64,000 bases of DNA from Bacteroidales bacterium (GCA_013314715.1 JABUFC010000012.1:169-64168), one strand, 5' to 3'. Shown: positions 45,514 to 55,444, counted from the first letter of the stretch. Notes: generated by a model not told the origin, from the letters alone. Numbers and translations: made by a program.

Positions 45514-45870
45514 TTATTCGTCTTTGAGCGAAGAATCGCCACTTATTCGTTCTGTCTGTTCGGGAATTTTGTAATATAATTTCCCTTCGATAAATTCTTG
45601 TAAAGCAATGGCAACGGGTTTCGGTAATCGCTCGTAATATTTTGAAATTTCGATTTGTTCGCGATTTTCGAAAATTTCTTCGAGGCTTTCGGTATATGAG
45701 CTAAATTCTTCCAACTTTTTGCTTAACTCTTCTTTCATTTCAACGGCAATTTGATTGGCTCTTTTAGCTATTATCATAATAGTTTGATAAAGATTACCCG
45801 TAGCTTCTTCTAATTTATCTACATCGCGAGTAATAGTTGTTAAAGATGCGTTACTTTTTTTGTTTTCCAT
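45514..45870 (-). CDS. rpoZ: DNA-directed RNA polymerase subunit omega (Bacteroidota long form)
   Basis: 'TTITRDVDKLEEATGNLYQTIMIIAKRANQIAVEMKEEL' matches the conserved Bacteroidota omega N-terminus. The bamD-rpoZ-coaBC synteny is conserved. Confidence 0.8.
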   Translation of the reverse strand: MENKKSNASLTTITRDVDKLEEATGNLYQTIMIIAKRANQIAVEMKEELSKKLEEFSSYTESLEEIFENREQIEISKYYERLPKPVAIALQEFIEGKLYYKIPEQTERISGDSSLKDE

Positions 45871-45875
45871 ATATT

Positions 45876-46670
45876 TTAGTTTTTAACTATTTCAGATGCT
45901 TGATTATATATTTTTTTGGCTTCATTTAAAAAAGTTGAATTGGGATATTCAGACGTAAAGGTATAATATTCATTTATGGTTGCTGCCATACGTTCTTTTT
46001 TCTTTTCTTCGATGCTATTCTGAGCATATATAAAGCTTGATTTAAGTATTAAAAATAATGTTTCTTCGCGATAACGACTATCAGGAAATTCTTGTAATGA
46101 ATTTTTAAGAGCGATAATAGCCGATTGATAATAACCCGTTTTATAGTAAAGTTTAGCCGCTTCGAAAGCTTTTTTTTCGAGTTTTGCTCGTAAATTGTCG
46201 ATAATTTCGTTACATTGTTTTATTTTATCGCTTTTGGGGTAACGATTTATAAATGCTTGCATTTGATCAATAGCTTGATATGTATAAGTTTGGTCGAGGC
46301 TATAATCGGGGGCGTCGAGGTAAGAACAGTAAGCCGCCATAAAATCGCTTTCTTCGCGAAGTGGGCTTAATGGATAGCGATTACCAACATTTTTAAAATA
46401 GTACGAGGCCATTATATAATCGCGTTGGTTATAGTAGCAATATCCTAGATAATACAATATTTTATCGGCTTTATCAGAAGCTTTAAAAATGTTTTCGAGA
46501 TTTTCAAATAGGCTTTGGGCTCTAAAATAATCTTTTTTTTCGTAATATTTTACAGCTTCGTTATACACTAAATTATAATCGGTGCTTTTGAGTAGTTTTT
46601 GGAAATTGCTACATCCTAAAGCTACTAAAGTAGAAATAATGATAATACTATAAATCGATATTTTTTTCAC
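45876..46670 (-). CDS. bamD: Outer membrane protein assembly factor BamD (TPR lipoprotein)
   Basis: Lipobox 'LVALGCS'. TPR-like repeats ('YNEAVKYYEKKDYFRAQSLFE', 'AKLYYKTGYYQSAIIALKN'). Synteny with rpoZ. Confidence 0.8.
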   Translation of the reverse strand: MKKISIYSIIIISTLVALGCSNFQKLLKSTDYNLVYNEAVKYYEKKDYFRAQSLFENLENIFKASDKADKILYYLGYCYYNQRDYIMASYYFKNVGNRYPLSPLREESDFMAAYCSYLDAPDYSLDQTYTYQAIDQMQAFINRYPKSDKIKQCNEIIDNLRAKLEKKAFEAAKLYYKTGYYQSAIIALKNSLQEFPDSRYREETLFLILKSSFIYAQNSIEEKKKERMAATINEYYTFTSEYPNSTFLNEAKKIYNQASEIVKN

Positions 46671-46703
46671 GCTGCAAAATTAGTTAAAAATTAAGTTTAT
46701 ACA

Positions 46704-48548
46704 TTATTCTACTGTTACAGATTTTGCAAGATTTCTAGGTTGATCAACATTACAACCTCTTAATACAGCAATATAATATGATAGAAGCTGGAGCGGGATT
46801 ACAGAAGTTAATGGAGTTAAAATATCTGGAGTTTCTGGAATTTCGATGGTATGATTAGCAAATTTTGTAATGGTTTCTTCTCCCTCGGTTACAATAGCAA
46901 TTACAATTCCTTTACGAGCTTTAACTTCTTGAATATTGGATACAATTTTTTCGTACGATTTATCTTTAGAAGCTAATACAACCACCGGCATATGTTCGTC
47001 GATTAGAGCAATGGGACCGTGTTTCATTTCGGCAGCTGGGTAGCCTTCTGCATGGATATATGATATTTCTTTTAGTTTAAGTGCACCCTCTAGTGCTACA
47101 GGGAAAAGGTTACCTCTTCCTAAATATAAACTATTAGAGATATTAAAGTATTTTTCGGCAATTTCTTTAATTTTTTCGTGTTGTTCTAAAATTTTTTCAA
47201 TTTTAGCAGGAATAGCATGAATTTCTTCGATATAATAACGATATTCTTCGTCTGAAATCGCTTGACGTTTATGTCCAAGCAAAACAGCCATGGCGGTTAA
47301 TACAGTTACTTGAGCGGTAAAGGCTTTGGTACTAGCAACACCTATTTCGGGACCAGCATGTGTATATACGCCAGCATCGGTTTCGCGGGGAATGCTACTG
47401 CCAACTACGTTGCAAATTCCAATAACAGTTGCACCTCGTTGTTTAGCTAATTTAATAGCAGCAAGTGTATCGGCAGTTTCACCACTTTGACTAATAGCAA
47501 TAACGATATCGTCGGGGAATATTACAGGGTTTCGATAGCGAAACTCAGACGCATACTCAACTTCTACAGGAATGCGTGCTAAGTCTTCGAGTAGGTATTC
47601 GCCTACCAGTCCGGCATGCCACGATGTGCCGCAGCCAATAATAAGTATTCGTTTCGCATGGATAAGTTTATCCATTACGTTGTATAAACCGCCTAATGTA
47701 ATTTCTTTATTGGTGAGCGATACTCTTCCGCGAATTGTATCTTGAATAGCTTTGGGTTGTTCAAAAATTTCTTTTAACATAAAATGTTCAAACCCACCTT
47801 TTTCTATTTCGCCAATATCCATATCCAGTTCTTGAATGGTAGGTGTAATAGGAACATTCATAATGGTTTTAAAAGTAATTTGATCGGGCTGAACGATAGC
47901 TACATCGTTGTCGTTTAAAAACACAACACGATTGGTATGTTCTATTATGGGTGTAGCATCGCTAGCAAAGAAATATTCGCCATTTCCTATCCCAACTACT
48001 AATGGACTTCCTTTACGCGCGGCAAAAATAGTATTAGGTTCGTCGGTACAAAGAACCAGTATTCCAAATGCTCCTTCAACCTTAGTTAAAGCCAATCGAA
48101 CGGCTATTTCAGCCGAAACTTGTCCTTTAATGTAAATATATTCGATGAGGTTAACTAAAACTTCTGTATCTGTTTCGCTAATAAAAGAGTAACCACGATC
48201 TTCTAATCGTTTTTTTAAACGTGCATAGTTTTCGATAATACCATTGTGAATAATGATAAATTTTTTGTTCATTGAAGTATGGGGATGAGCATTGATATCG
48301 TTTGGTTCGCCGTGAGTTGCCCAACGGGTATGACCAATACCAATATTTCCGGCTAAATCTTTACCAATAGTATTTTGTTGCAAATCGGCAACTTTGCCTT
48401 TATATTTATATACATTGAATTGTTTTGTGTCGGGGTTTACAATAGCAATACCAGCTGAATCGTATCCACGATATTCAAGACGCTTTAAGCCATTTATTAA
48501 TATTGGAAATGCTTGCTTAGGTCCAATATAACCTACTATTCCACACAT
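46704..48548 (-). CDS. glmS: Glutamine--fructose-6-phosphate aminotransferase (isomerizing)
   Basis: 'MCGIVGYIG' Ntn amidotransferase start, two SIS domains, C-terminal 'DQPRNLAKSVTVE'. Confidence 0.97.
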   Translation of the reverse strand: MCGIVGYIGPKQAFPILINGLKRLEYRGYDSAGIAIVNPDTKQFNVYKYKGKVADLQQNTIGKDLAGNIGIGHTRWATHGEPNDINAHPHTSMNKKFIIIHNGIIENYARLKKRLEDRGYSFISETDTEVLVNLIEYIYIKGQVSAEIAVRLALTKVEGAFGILVLCTDEPNTIFAARKGSPLVVGIGNGEYFFASDATPIIEHTNRVVFLNDNDVAIVQPDQITFKTIMNVPITPTIQELDMDIGEIEKGGFEHFMLKEIFEQPKAIQDTIRGRVSLTNKEITLGGLYNVMDKLIHAKRILIIGCGTSWHAGLVGEYLLEDLARIPVEVEYASEFRYRNPVIFPDDIVIAISQSGETADTLAAIKLAKQRGATVIGICNVVGSSIPRETDAGVYTHAGPEIGVASTKAFTAQVTVLTAMAVLLGHKRQAISDEEYRYYIEEIHAIPAKIEKILEQHEKIKEIAEKYFNISNSLYLGRGNLFPVALEGALKLKEISYIHAEGYPAAEMKHGPIALIDEHMPVVVLASKDKSYEKIVSNIQEVKARKGIVIAIVTEGEETITKFANHTIEIPETPDILTPLTSVIPLQLLSYYIAVLRGCNVDQPRNLAKSVTVE

Positions 48549-48554
48549 AATTTT

Positions 48555-49841
48555 TTAAGGTTTTAAATAAGTAATTGATAAACGCATTCCATTAGAACAT
48601 TGGGGTCCTTTTATAACTAAACGGTTTGCACTGATTCGATTATCGGCAACAAATAGTGCAATGCCGTAATCTTCACGTTCTTTATAGGCTAATTGTTGTA
48701 TATACCGCGAAATGTTAAAGCGATATTCTGTATATTCGGTGTTAATATTTCCGCCAAAATAGCTGCTGCCAACGCTATAATCTGGTATAAATTCATATGT
48801 GCCTGAGCTGTTATACATTACAAGCAATAATTTTTGTGGAACTTTGAATAAAGAGGCGGTTGCATCATCCGTTTTAATGGGTATTATTAGCTCTGCTCTA
48901 ACAAATGCAAGTAAGGATTGTTGATAAAAATTTGAAATAAATGGGAACTTAATTTTAACATTTAAACCTGACATGGCCTGTAGGTATAATAGCGAATCGT
49001 TGCCGGTACTGTCGTTGATGCTTGTTTGTATTGTAGAAGTTGAATAATCGTGATTAAAAAGATTGATACGGGCACAACTACTATTAAATACAAAGTCGTA
49101 TTTTAAATTGTTGCCAGTGTCGTTATGGTAGTATAATGTTACTTTTGATTTTGTACTTAATAAATTGAAATAAATAATAGCAGCTTGATTATAATTGGAG
49201 TGCGGTTTAAATAAAAAACCTTTGAAAAAAGTTAAAAAGTTATCGTTATTTTGAAGTTGAGTTGAAGTTGCCGATATTATTTGTTGTGCAAAAGTGTCTG
49301 ATAAACGAATAGCCAAGCAACTATCGTTTGGATGAGGATAGTAGTTTTTTGTGGCAATTATTTTTTGCGAAGGAATAAAATTTTGAATATTTAAATTAGA
49401 ATAGTAAGTAGAATCGAGATAAATACTTTTTTCTATTTCGTAAACATCAAAAGTTTGGGCAATGGTAGTATCACCATAATAACTCCGATAATCGAGATAT
49501 ATAACCATAGAATCGGCAACTGGATTTGTGCCAAAACTTGCATTAGACGAAGGTAATCGCATTTGTGTAATAAATGAGGCTTCGGAATATCCAAATATGG
49601 GGTCGAGATAAGAACCTAATAAACTATACGTTCGTTCGTCGGACGATAATGAATCTTCTTTAATAGTAAAAGCATTTATCGTTATGGTATCAATAACGTT
49701 GCCGTTTATAATTTCTTCTTCGTTTTGCAAGCTAAGTCCTATATCGGATGGGTCTTTTTGGCAAGCAAAGAAAGAAAAAATGACCAATATAATTAGTAGA
49801 TTAAAATTCTTCGATGTATTTTTTTTCGATAAGGCTGTCAT
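48555..49841 (-). CDS. DUF4270-like lipoprotein, function unknown
   Basis: Lipoprotein signal 'MTALSKKNTSKNFNLLIILVIFSFFAC' from ATG 49841 (track start 49877). The position between a short glycogen-synthase-like gene and glmS matches the usual DUF4270 context as I recall it. Even the shorter start overlaps the upstream gene by 41 nt. Confidence 0.55.
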   Translation of the reverse strand: MTALSKKNTSKNFNLLIILVIFSFFACQKDPSDIGLSLQNEEEIINGNVIDTITINAFTIKEDSLSSDERTYSLLGSYLDPIFGYSEASFITQMRLPSSNASFGTNPVADSMVIYLDYRSYYGDTTIAQTFDVYEIEKSIYLDSTYYSNLNIQNFIPSQKIIATKNYYPHPNDSCLAIRLSDTFAQQIISATSTQLQNNDNFLTFFKGFLFKPHSNYNQAAIIYFNLLSTKSKVTLYYHNDTGNNLKYDFVFNSSCARINLFNHDYSTSTIQTSINDSTGNDSLLYLQAMSGLNVKIKFPFISNFYQQSLLAFVRAELIIPIKTDDATASLFKVPQKLLLVMYNSSGTYEFIPDYSVGSSYFGGNINTEYTEYRFNISRYIQQLAYKEREDYGIALFVADNRISANRLVIKGPQCSNGMRLSITYLKP

Positions 49842-50628
49842 AAAATTCATTGTATGCTTCAACGTAGTTTTCTTCATTGGGATGATGAATAAAAGGAAGT
49901 TGTTTTTGGTTTATGTATTCGATTATTTCAGTATTGACATGTTCGTCTCCAATAACAACTGCATCGGAATATTGAATTGCCAATTTAATAAGGTTTGTAT
50001 ATGTTGGATTTTCTATTATTTTAATGTCTTTGGTTGTGATATCGTCAATAGGAACTTTTTTAATAAAATCTTTATTGAGTGTTCCTTCAAAAGATTGATT
50101 GTATATACTAAATACAATTTTTGCATGGTCGAAAATCGGATCTTCTTTAAAAGCTTTTTTTACATAAAGAGGCACAAGGGCACTAAACCATCCATGACAA
50201 TGGATAACATCGGGTGCCCAACGAAGTTTTTTTACGGTTTCTAATACACCGCGAGCATAAAAAATACAACGTTCATCGTTGTCGGGGAATAAATGTCCTT
50301 TATCGTCGGTAAGAGTAAATTTGCGTTTAAAAAAGTCGTCGTTATCGATAAAATAAACTTGCATGCGTGCCGATTGAATGGATGCAACTTTTATTATGAG
50401 CGGGTGATCGGTGTTGTTAATAACCATATTCATCCCTGAAAGACGAATGACTTCGTGTAATTGATTACGACGTTCGTTGATATTACCAAAACGAGGCATA
50501 AAAGTTCTAATTTCACAATTTCGTTCTTGCATGCCTTGTGGTAGATATCGTCCAATGTGCGAAATTTTGTTTTCAGGTAAATAAGGAATAATTTCTTGGG
50601 TTACAAATAGAATTTTTTCTTTTTCCAT
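49801..50628 (-). CDS. Short glycogen/starch synthase-like protein (N-terminal GT5 domain only)
   Basis: 'KILFVTQEIIPYLPENKISHIGRYLPQGMQERNCEIRTFMPRFG...DVIHCHGWFSALVPLYVK' is a GlgA N-domain pattern. ATG 50628 is preferred because a TAnnTTTG box (50658-50665) lies downstream of the track start 50694. Confidence 0.75.
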   Translation of the reverse strand: MEKEKILFVTQEIIPYLPENKISHIGRYLPQGMQERNCEIRTFMPRFGNINERRNQLHEVIRLSGMNMVINNTDHPLIIKVASIQSARMQVYFIDNDDFFKRKFTLTDDKGHLFPDNDERCIFYARGVLETVKKLRWAPDVIHCHGWFSALVPLYVKKAFKEDPIFDHAKIVFSIYNQSFEGTLNKDFIKKVPIDDITTKDIKIIENPTYTNLIKLAIQYSDAVVIGDEHVNTEIIEYINQKQLPFIHHPNEENYVEAYNEFYDSLIEKKYIEEF

Positions 50629-50657
50629 GTTTAAAGAGCGAATAAAAAATATTTTTG

Positions 50658-50665
50658 CAAAGATA
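50658..50665 (-). promoter_or_regulatory. -7 promoter box TATCTTTG for the glycogen-synthase-like gene
   Basis: The + strand reads caaagata, 29 nt upstream of ATG 50628. Confidence 0.45.
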
Positions 50666-50871
50666 CAAAAAATAAAACTTTTAAACAATTCCAAATGTTC
50701 AGTTAAAAAAAGCTATGTGTTTTCTTAAAATAACTTACGATGTTGAAAAGCTTTAAGAAAAATGGCTTATACAAATGCATTAATAACTTTTATAAACTTT
50801 ACTTTGAGATAGTCGAAGTTTTTAATTAAAAAAATATTAAGCTTTTTTAACGAGCAAGATGGGGTATAGTT

Positions 50872-52869
50872 TTAAATGCGAAGTCCTATTACCAACACAT
50901 CGTCGGTTTGTTGTCTTTTGCCTTTCCATTCCATAAAAAAGTTTTTTAATATAGTTTCTTGTTGTTGTATAGGATATTTTGAAAGCGATTTTAATTGTTC
51001 TAAAAATGCATTAAACATAAGTTTTTGATTGCCATGTCCAAATTGATCAGCAAAACCATCTGTAAACAAATAAATGGTATCGTCTTTATGTAAAGTTATT
51101 TGGTCGGTATTGAAATAAATGGGTTCGTTGTTGTTAATATTTCCACCAATGCAAAACATATTATTGTTTAGAATATTGCTTTCGCCTGTATGCTGAATAA
51201 CTACAATTTTATGATTCGTTGTTGAATATTGCATTTCAAAACTTTGTTTATTTAATCGGCAAAGCGAAATTTCTAAACTGTCTTCTTGTTCGCTATGAGC
51301 CTTATGTATGGGGCTCCAATTTTGGTTTAACCACAAAAGAATTTCGCCTGTTGATGCTTGATTATTATTGCTAACATAATTATTTAGCAGACTAAAGGCT
51401 TTGATACTAATTAATGCTCCTGCCAGTCCATGACCTGTGCAATCGGCAACAGCAAAGTAATAATAATTATTTGTTTCATAAATCCAAGCAAAATCACCAC
51501 TTACAAGATGTTTGGGCTGATTAAAAACAAATGAGTTTTGAAAATAAAACTTAAATTGTTTTTCAAAAGGCAATAATAATTGTTGAAGGGTTGATGCATA
51601 TAATAAACTATCGGTAATTTGGTCGTTGCTCTTTTTTAATTCTAAATTTAATTGATTTAGTTGTTCAATAGCAGTATTGAGTTCGTCTTGTTTTTCTTTT
51701 ATTTCGTTGTATTGGTATTTAAGTTTTTGTGCGTGTTTTTGTCTGTTTCTGTATAATAAAAATAATAATACTAAAATAATGAATAAAAAAATTGAGCCTA
51801 CAATCATAAAATTTCTTTCTTTTGTTCGTTGCTCTTCTTTTTGTTTGAAAAATTCAATTTCTTTTTCCTTTGCTTTTAAATCGAATCGCATTTGCATGCG
51901 TGCTATTTGTTCGTTTACTTCGGCATTATAAAGTGTATCGTTAATTTCGACAAAACGATAAAGATTTTGATAGGCTTCTTTGTAATATTGTAACTTTTCG
52001 TTTGTATAAGCTAAATTATAATAGCAATCGCGTTTATCTTTATAATATTCTAGCGAATCGGCAATTTTTAATGCAATCATATAGTTATTTAGGGCTTCTA
52101 CGTATTTTTTTTGTGCCTTAGCTAAATCACCTAATTTCGAATATACGAGCGACTGATACGAAAGTATATTTAATTCTTTTGCTATATCTTTGGCTTTGTT
52201 GTATAAAATAAAAGCTTGATAATAATTTTCTTTTTTCATACTAACAGAGGCTATTCCCATTAAACTATAAAACATGCCTTCTTTATTTTTTAATTCTTCT
52301 TCGATAAGTAAACTACGTTTGTAACAACGATAAGCGTCATTTAGGTTATCTAATGTTTCGTATATCAATCCTAATTTGTATAAATTATTTAGAGATTGTG
52401 TTTTATATTTCGATTTTTCGCTGTATTCTAACGATTCTTTGTAATATTCTATAGCTTTGCTGTACTTTTTTTGTGCATAAGCTACATTGCCCATGTAATT
52501 ATAAGTTTCTGATAGCAACCAATAATCGTTAATAAACTTAGCACGTTCAAATGCTTTTTCGTGATATTCAATGGCAGTAATATATTCGCCTATATTGCAT
52601 TTTATTGAACCAAGAATATTGTACGACTTACACATTCCTTGAATATAATTGGCTTGTTCTGAATAAAACAATGCTTTTTCGGCCAATTCGAATGCAAGTT
52701 TAGGAAAATTCCCTTGTAACGAAAACGCTTTATTTATAAGAAACTCTGCCTTGTTTGAATCGCTTTTAAGAAGATTATATTTGATTGAAATAGAATCGGG
52801 TATGGTTAAGTTTCCTTTAGCTAAAATATTAAAAAAAATTAAAATGAGTGTTATATATAATGCTCTCAT
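50872..52869 (-). CDS. TPR-repeat / transmembrane / PP2C (SpoIIE-type) serine phosphatase
   Basis: Signal peptide, about 300 aa of TPR-like repeats, TM 'FMIVGSIFLFIILVLLFLLY', coiled coil, then the PP2C-like block 'SGDFAWIYE...FAVADCTGHGLAGALISI...IYLFTDGFADQFG...QQTDDVLVIGLRI'. Confidence 0.8.
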   Translation of the reverse strand: MRALYITLILIFFNILAKGNLTIPDSISIKYNLLKSDSNKAEFLINKAFSLQGNFPKLAFELAEKALFYSEQANYIQGMCKSYNILGSIKCNIGEYITAIEYHEKAFERAKFINDYWLLSETYNYMGNVAYAQKKYSKAIEYYKESLEYSEKSKYKTQSLNNLYKLGLIYETLDNLNDAYRCYKRSLLIEEELKNKEGMFYSLMGIASVSMKKENYYQAFILYNKAKDIAKELNILSYQSLVYSKLGDLAKAQKKYVEALNNYMIALKIADSLEYYKDKRDCYYNLAYTNEKLQYYKEAYQNLYRFVEINDTLYNAEVNEQIARMQMRFDLKAKEKEIEFFKQKEEQRTKERNFMIVGSIFLFIILVLLFLLYRNRQKHAQKLKYQYNEIKEKQDELNTAIEQLNQLNLELKKSNDQITDSLLYASTLQQLLLPFEKQFKFYFQNSFVFNQPKHLVSGDFAWIYETNNYYYFAVADCTGHGLAGALISIKAFSLLNNYVSNNNQASTGEILLWLNQNWSPIHKAHSEQEDSLEISLCRLNKQSFEMQYSTTNHKIVVIQHTGESNILNNNMFCIGGNINNNEPIYFNTDQITLHKDDTIYLFTDGFADQFGHGNQKLMFNAFLEQLKSLSKYPIQQQETILKNFFMEWKGKRQQTDDVLVIGLRI

Positions 52870-53013
52870 TTTTTATGAGTATTAGGGGTTTAATGCAAAT
52901 TTAAATAAATTATTTAATGAATGGTTTGGAGATGTTAAAAAATAACCCTTTTTGTTCATAAGTTGTTAAAAAAAATATGGCAAAGATAAATATCAAACAA
53001 CTTGAATAATTCT

Positions 53014-53021
53014 TAACTTTG
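53014..53021 (+). promoter_or_regulatory. -7 promoter box TAACTTTG
   Basis: Fits TAnnTTTG, 25 nt upstream of ATG 53047. Confidence 0.45.
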
Positions 53022-53046
53022 TTCAAAATTATTAAATATAAATTAT

Positions 53047-53862
53047 ATGAAATTTTTGTTTTTAAGCTTATCCTTGCTATTAGTTAGCAATATTTTTGCC
53101 TTAAATCCATTGCGGCAATATGCGGTAAAACCTTCGGACTTTGGTTTATCGTTTGAGGAATTAAAAATTGCTACTTCAGATGGTTTAAAACTTAATGCTT
53201 GGTATTTTCCTGCAAGCCAAACTTCGTATAAAATAATGGTTTTAAGCGATGATGGTAATGGCAATATGTCTGATTTAATGGAACATGTGAGTATTTTTTT
53301 GTCGTTGGGATATCATGTTTTAACATACGACTATCGAGGCTATGGGGCTAGTAGCGATTTTGAAATAAAACCCAACTTTTATATATATGCTCAATTTCAA
53401 AAAGATTTAAATGCAGTCATCGATTATTTAAAAAAAGAACGGACTAGTTTGCCTAAAATACATTTATATGGCATTGGCATTGGAGCTGGACTTTCTATTG
53501 CAGTTGCTGCAAATCGCAATTTAGGAACTGTTATTGCCGATTCTCCTTATACAACATTAGAGTTAGCTAAACAAAGAATAAAAGAAGCCAGCGGACAAGA
53601 CGTTTTATTGCCTTTAGGTTATAATAAGAACGAAATAGAACCTAAATATGCATTAGAAACAAAGGGAGGACAATTAAATGGAGTAATGTTTATTGTTGGC
53701 GAAAATGATAAAATATATACACCTAAAGATATAAAAGAACTTGCAAAAATACGTTCGGCGATTTCTACCATTTATACTGTTAAAAATAGTAATGGTGAAA
53801 ACAATTTATTGGCTAATAAAGAAAAATATTTAGAAGAAATAAAGAAGTTTTTAAAATTATAA
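53047..53862 (+). CDS. Secreted alpha/beta-hydrolase-fold protein, apparently lacking the catalytic Ser and His
   Basis: Signal peptide 'MKFLFLSLSLLLVSNIFA'. Fold pattern 'VLTYDYRGYGAS...IHLYGIGIGAGLSIAVAA...FIVGENDKIY'. The nucleophile elbow reads G-I-G-I-G instead of G-x-S-x-G, and there is no His after residue ~145. Confidence 0.7.
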   Translation: MKFLFLSLSLLLVSNIFALNPLRQYAVKPSDFGLSFEELKIATSDGLKLNAWYFPASQTSYKIMVLSDDGNGNMSDLMEHVSIFLSLGYHVLTYDYRGYGASSDFEIKPNFYIYAQFQKDLNAVIDYLKKERTSLPKIHLYGIGIGAGLSIAVAANRNLGTVIADSPYTTLELAKQRIKEASGQDVLLPLGYNKNEIEPKYALETKGGQLNGVMFIVGENDKIYTPKDIKELAKIRSAISTIYTVKNSNGENNLLANKEKYLEEIKKFLKL

Positions 53863-54342
53863 AAGCATTTCTTTGTCGAAATGTAAAGGTAACAACAACG
53901 AAGCATCTTCGATTAGTTGTATTTTATTTTTTCCAGCTAAGATCAATGTAACAGGTTCGTTTTGTCTTAATTGGCTTTCTAAAATTACTTGACGACAGCT
54001 GCCACAAGGAGGTACTGGTTCGTCAACTTTTATCGTATTGTTGACAAAGGCTGTAATAGCAATGGCTTTTACTTTTTGGTTGGGAAAATGTGCATTAGCA
54101 TAGAATAAGGCAACACGCTCGGCACATAATCCCGAAGGATAGGCAGCATTTTCCTGATTATTACCCGTAATCACCTCATTGTTATCTAACAAAATGGCAG
54201 CTCCAACAAAAAACGAAGAATATGGAGCATATGCTTTATGAGCAGCATTTTCAGCCTCTTTAATTAAATTTTGATAAATTAAATCTAATTCATTTACAGA
54301 TGTATATTCTTTAATCTGAAATTGAATGTTACGTTCTTTCAC
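53857..54342 (-). CDS. cdd: Cytidine deaminase
   Basis: Zinc-binding motifs 'CAERVALF' and 'PCGSCRQV'. 161 aa. GTG start. Confidence 0.9.
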   Translation of the reverse strand: MKERNIQFQIKEYTSVNELDLIYQNLIKEAENAAHKAYAPYSSFFVGAAILLDNNEVITGNNQENAAYPSGLCAERVALFYANAHFPNQKVKAIAITAFVNNTIKVDEPVPPCGSCRQVILESQLRQNEPVTLILAGKNKIQLIEDASLLLPLHFDKEMLL

Positions 54343-54366
54343 AAAATATTAAGCTTAATAACTGAG

Positions 54367-54374
54367 CAAAAGTA
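54367..54374 (-). promoter_or_regulatory. -7 promoter box TACTTTTG for cdd
   Basis: The + strand reads caaaagta, 24 nt upstream of GTG 54342. Confidence 0.45.
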
Positions 54375-54408
54375 CAATTTTTTATTGTATAAAAAAAACG
54401 AGGTATGG

Positions 54409-55443
54409 TTATATCGATGGTAATACTTTTACCGACGAAGCTTTAAAGCTTATCCAAACTTCTTTACCAGGTATTAAATCCATAGTAGAAAGTGAAATTT
54501 CGGTGATGCATACATGCAACAAAACACCCATATCAATAAGCACATCAATAGACTCATGGCTTTTTATAATGTCTTTTACAATGCCTAAAAAAGAGTTTTT
54601 CATGCTCGATTCTATTTTTTGTATAGAAAGTACAATATCGTTAGCCGGTATTATTAAAATAGCTTTTTGGGGTAAATCTAAAGAATTAACAACAATAGTT
54701 AGGTTAGAATTAATTTTATATTGTTTTTTTTCAATTGAACTTAATGTGGCATTAAATACATTTTTAATACCTGAAAGTTTGGCAACAAAAAGATTATTCG
54801 GTTGGTTAAAAATCTCATTAACCTTTCCTGTTTGAATAATTTTACCTTGATGCAATACGGCCACATGAGTTGCAAGCGTGAGTGCTTCGTAATAATCGTG
54901 AGTAACATGCAAAACCGTATATCCTTGCTGATTTAGTTGTCGTAACATAAGCATAATTTCGTACCTTGCATGCACATCTATACTCGAAAGGGGTTCGTCA
55001 AATAAAAATAAAGAAGCGCCCGAAAGTAAGGCTCTTGCAATAGCTACTTTTTGCTTTTCTCCCGAAGAAAGCATTGCAGGCTTTTTGTTTAATAATAGTG
55101 TTAGTCCGAATGACTCTATAATATTATTTAATAATGGATATGTATGTTTATTAATGGCATACCATAAATTTTCTTTAACATTTAAGTGAGGGAATAAAGC
55201 TCCGTCGTTAGGGATATAAGCAATTCCTCTTTTATGAACAGGTTTATGGAGTAAATTTTCGTTTTTCAAAAAAATTTCACCTTGTTTATAGGTTCTAAAA
55301 CCGGCAATTATTTCAAGGAGAAGGGTCTTACCGCTACCCGATTCGCCCAATAAAACAAAATAATCTCCATGATTTATATTAAGACATACATTGTTTAATT
55401 TAAAATTTCCAATTTGATAATATAAGTTTTTGATATTAAGCAT
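54409..55443 (-). CDS. ABC transporter ATP-binding protein with C-terminal TOBE/Mop domain (molybdate/tungstate/sulfate-type importer)
   Basis: Walker A 'GESGSGKT', signature 'LSSGEKQKVAIARAL', Walker B 'LFLFDEP'. The C-terminal ~70 aa ('NSFLGIVKDII...VWISFKASSVKVLP') is TOBE-like. Confidence 0.85.
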   Translation of the reverse strand: MLNIKNLYYQIGNFKLNNVCLNINHGDYFVLLGESGSGKTLLLEIIAGFRTYKQGEIFLKNENLLHKPVHKRGIAYIPNDGALFPHLNVKENLWYAINKHTYPLLNNIIESFGLTLLLNKKPAMLSSGEKQKVAIARALLSGASLFLFDEPLSSIDVHARYEIMLMLRQLNQQGYTVLHVTHDYYEALTLATHVAVLHQGKIIQTGKVNEIFNQPNNLFVAKLSGIKNVFNATLSSIEKKQYKINSNLTIVVNSLDLPQKAILIIPANDIVLSIQKIESSMKNSFLGIVKDIIKSHESIDVLIDMGVLLHVCITEISLSTMDLIPGKEVWISFKASSVKVLPSI

Positions 55444-55444
55444 A

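Noticed and set aside
46675-46682. CAAAATTA (reverse complement TAATTTTG) box 5 nt upstream of the bamD ATG
   Set aside because: It would place the transcription start inside or at the start codon, with no alternative downstream start. bamD may instead be read through from glmS or have a promoter I cannot see. Not reported as a feature.
48549-48554. Looked for a glmS ribozyme or other leader upstream of glmS
   Set aside because: Only 6 nt separate glmS from the preceding gene, so there is no room for a ribozyme. I also do not expect glmS ribozymes in Bacteroidota.
50702-50851. Inverted repeats gttaaaaaaagct (50702-50714) and agcttttttaac (50840-50851) flanking ~125 nt upstream of the glycogen-synthase-like gene, resembling an invertible promoter
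   Set aside because: The arms are mostly homopolymer A/T plus the AAGCTT palindrome, so they are easily produced by chance in this composition. No site-specific recombinase gene is in the window. The TAnnTTTG box for the gene lies outside the segment.
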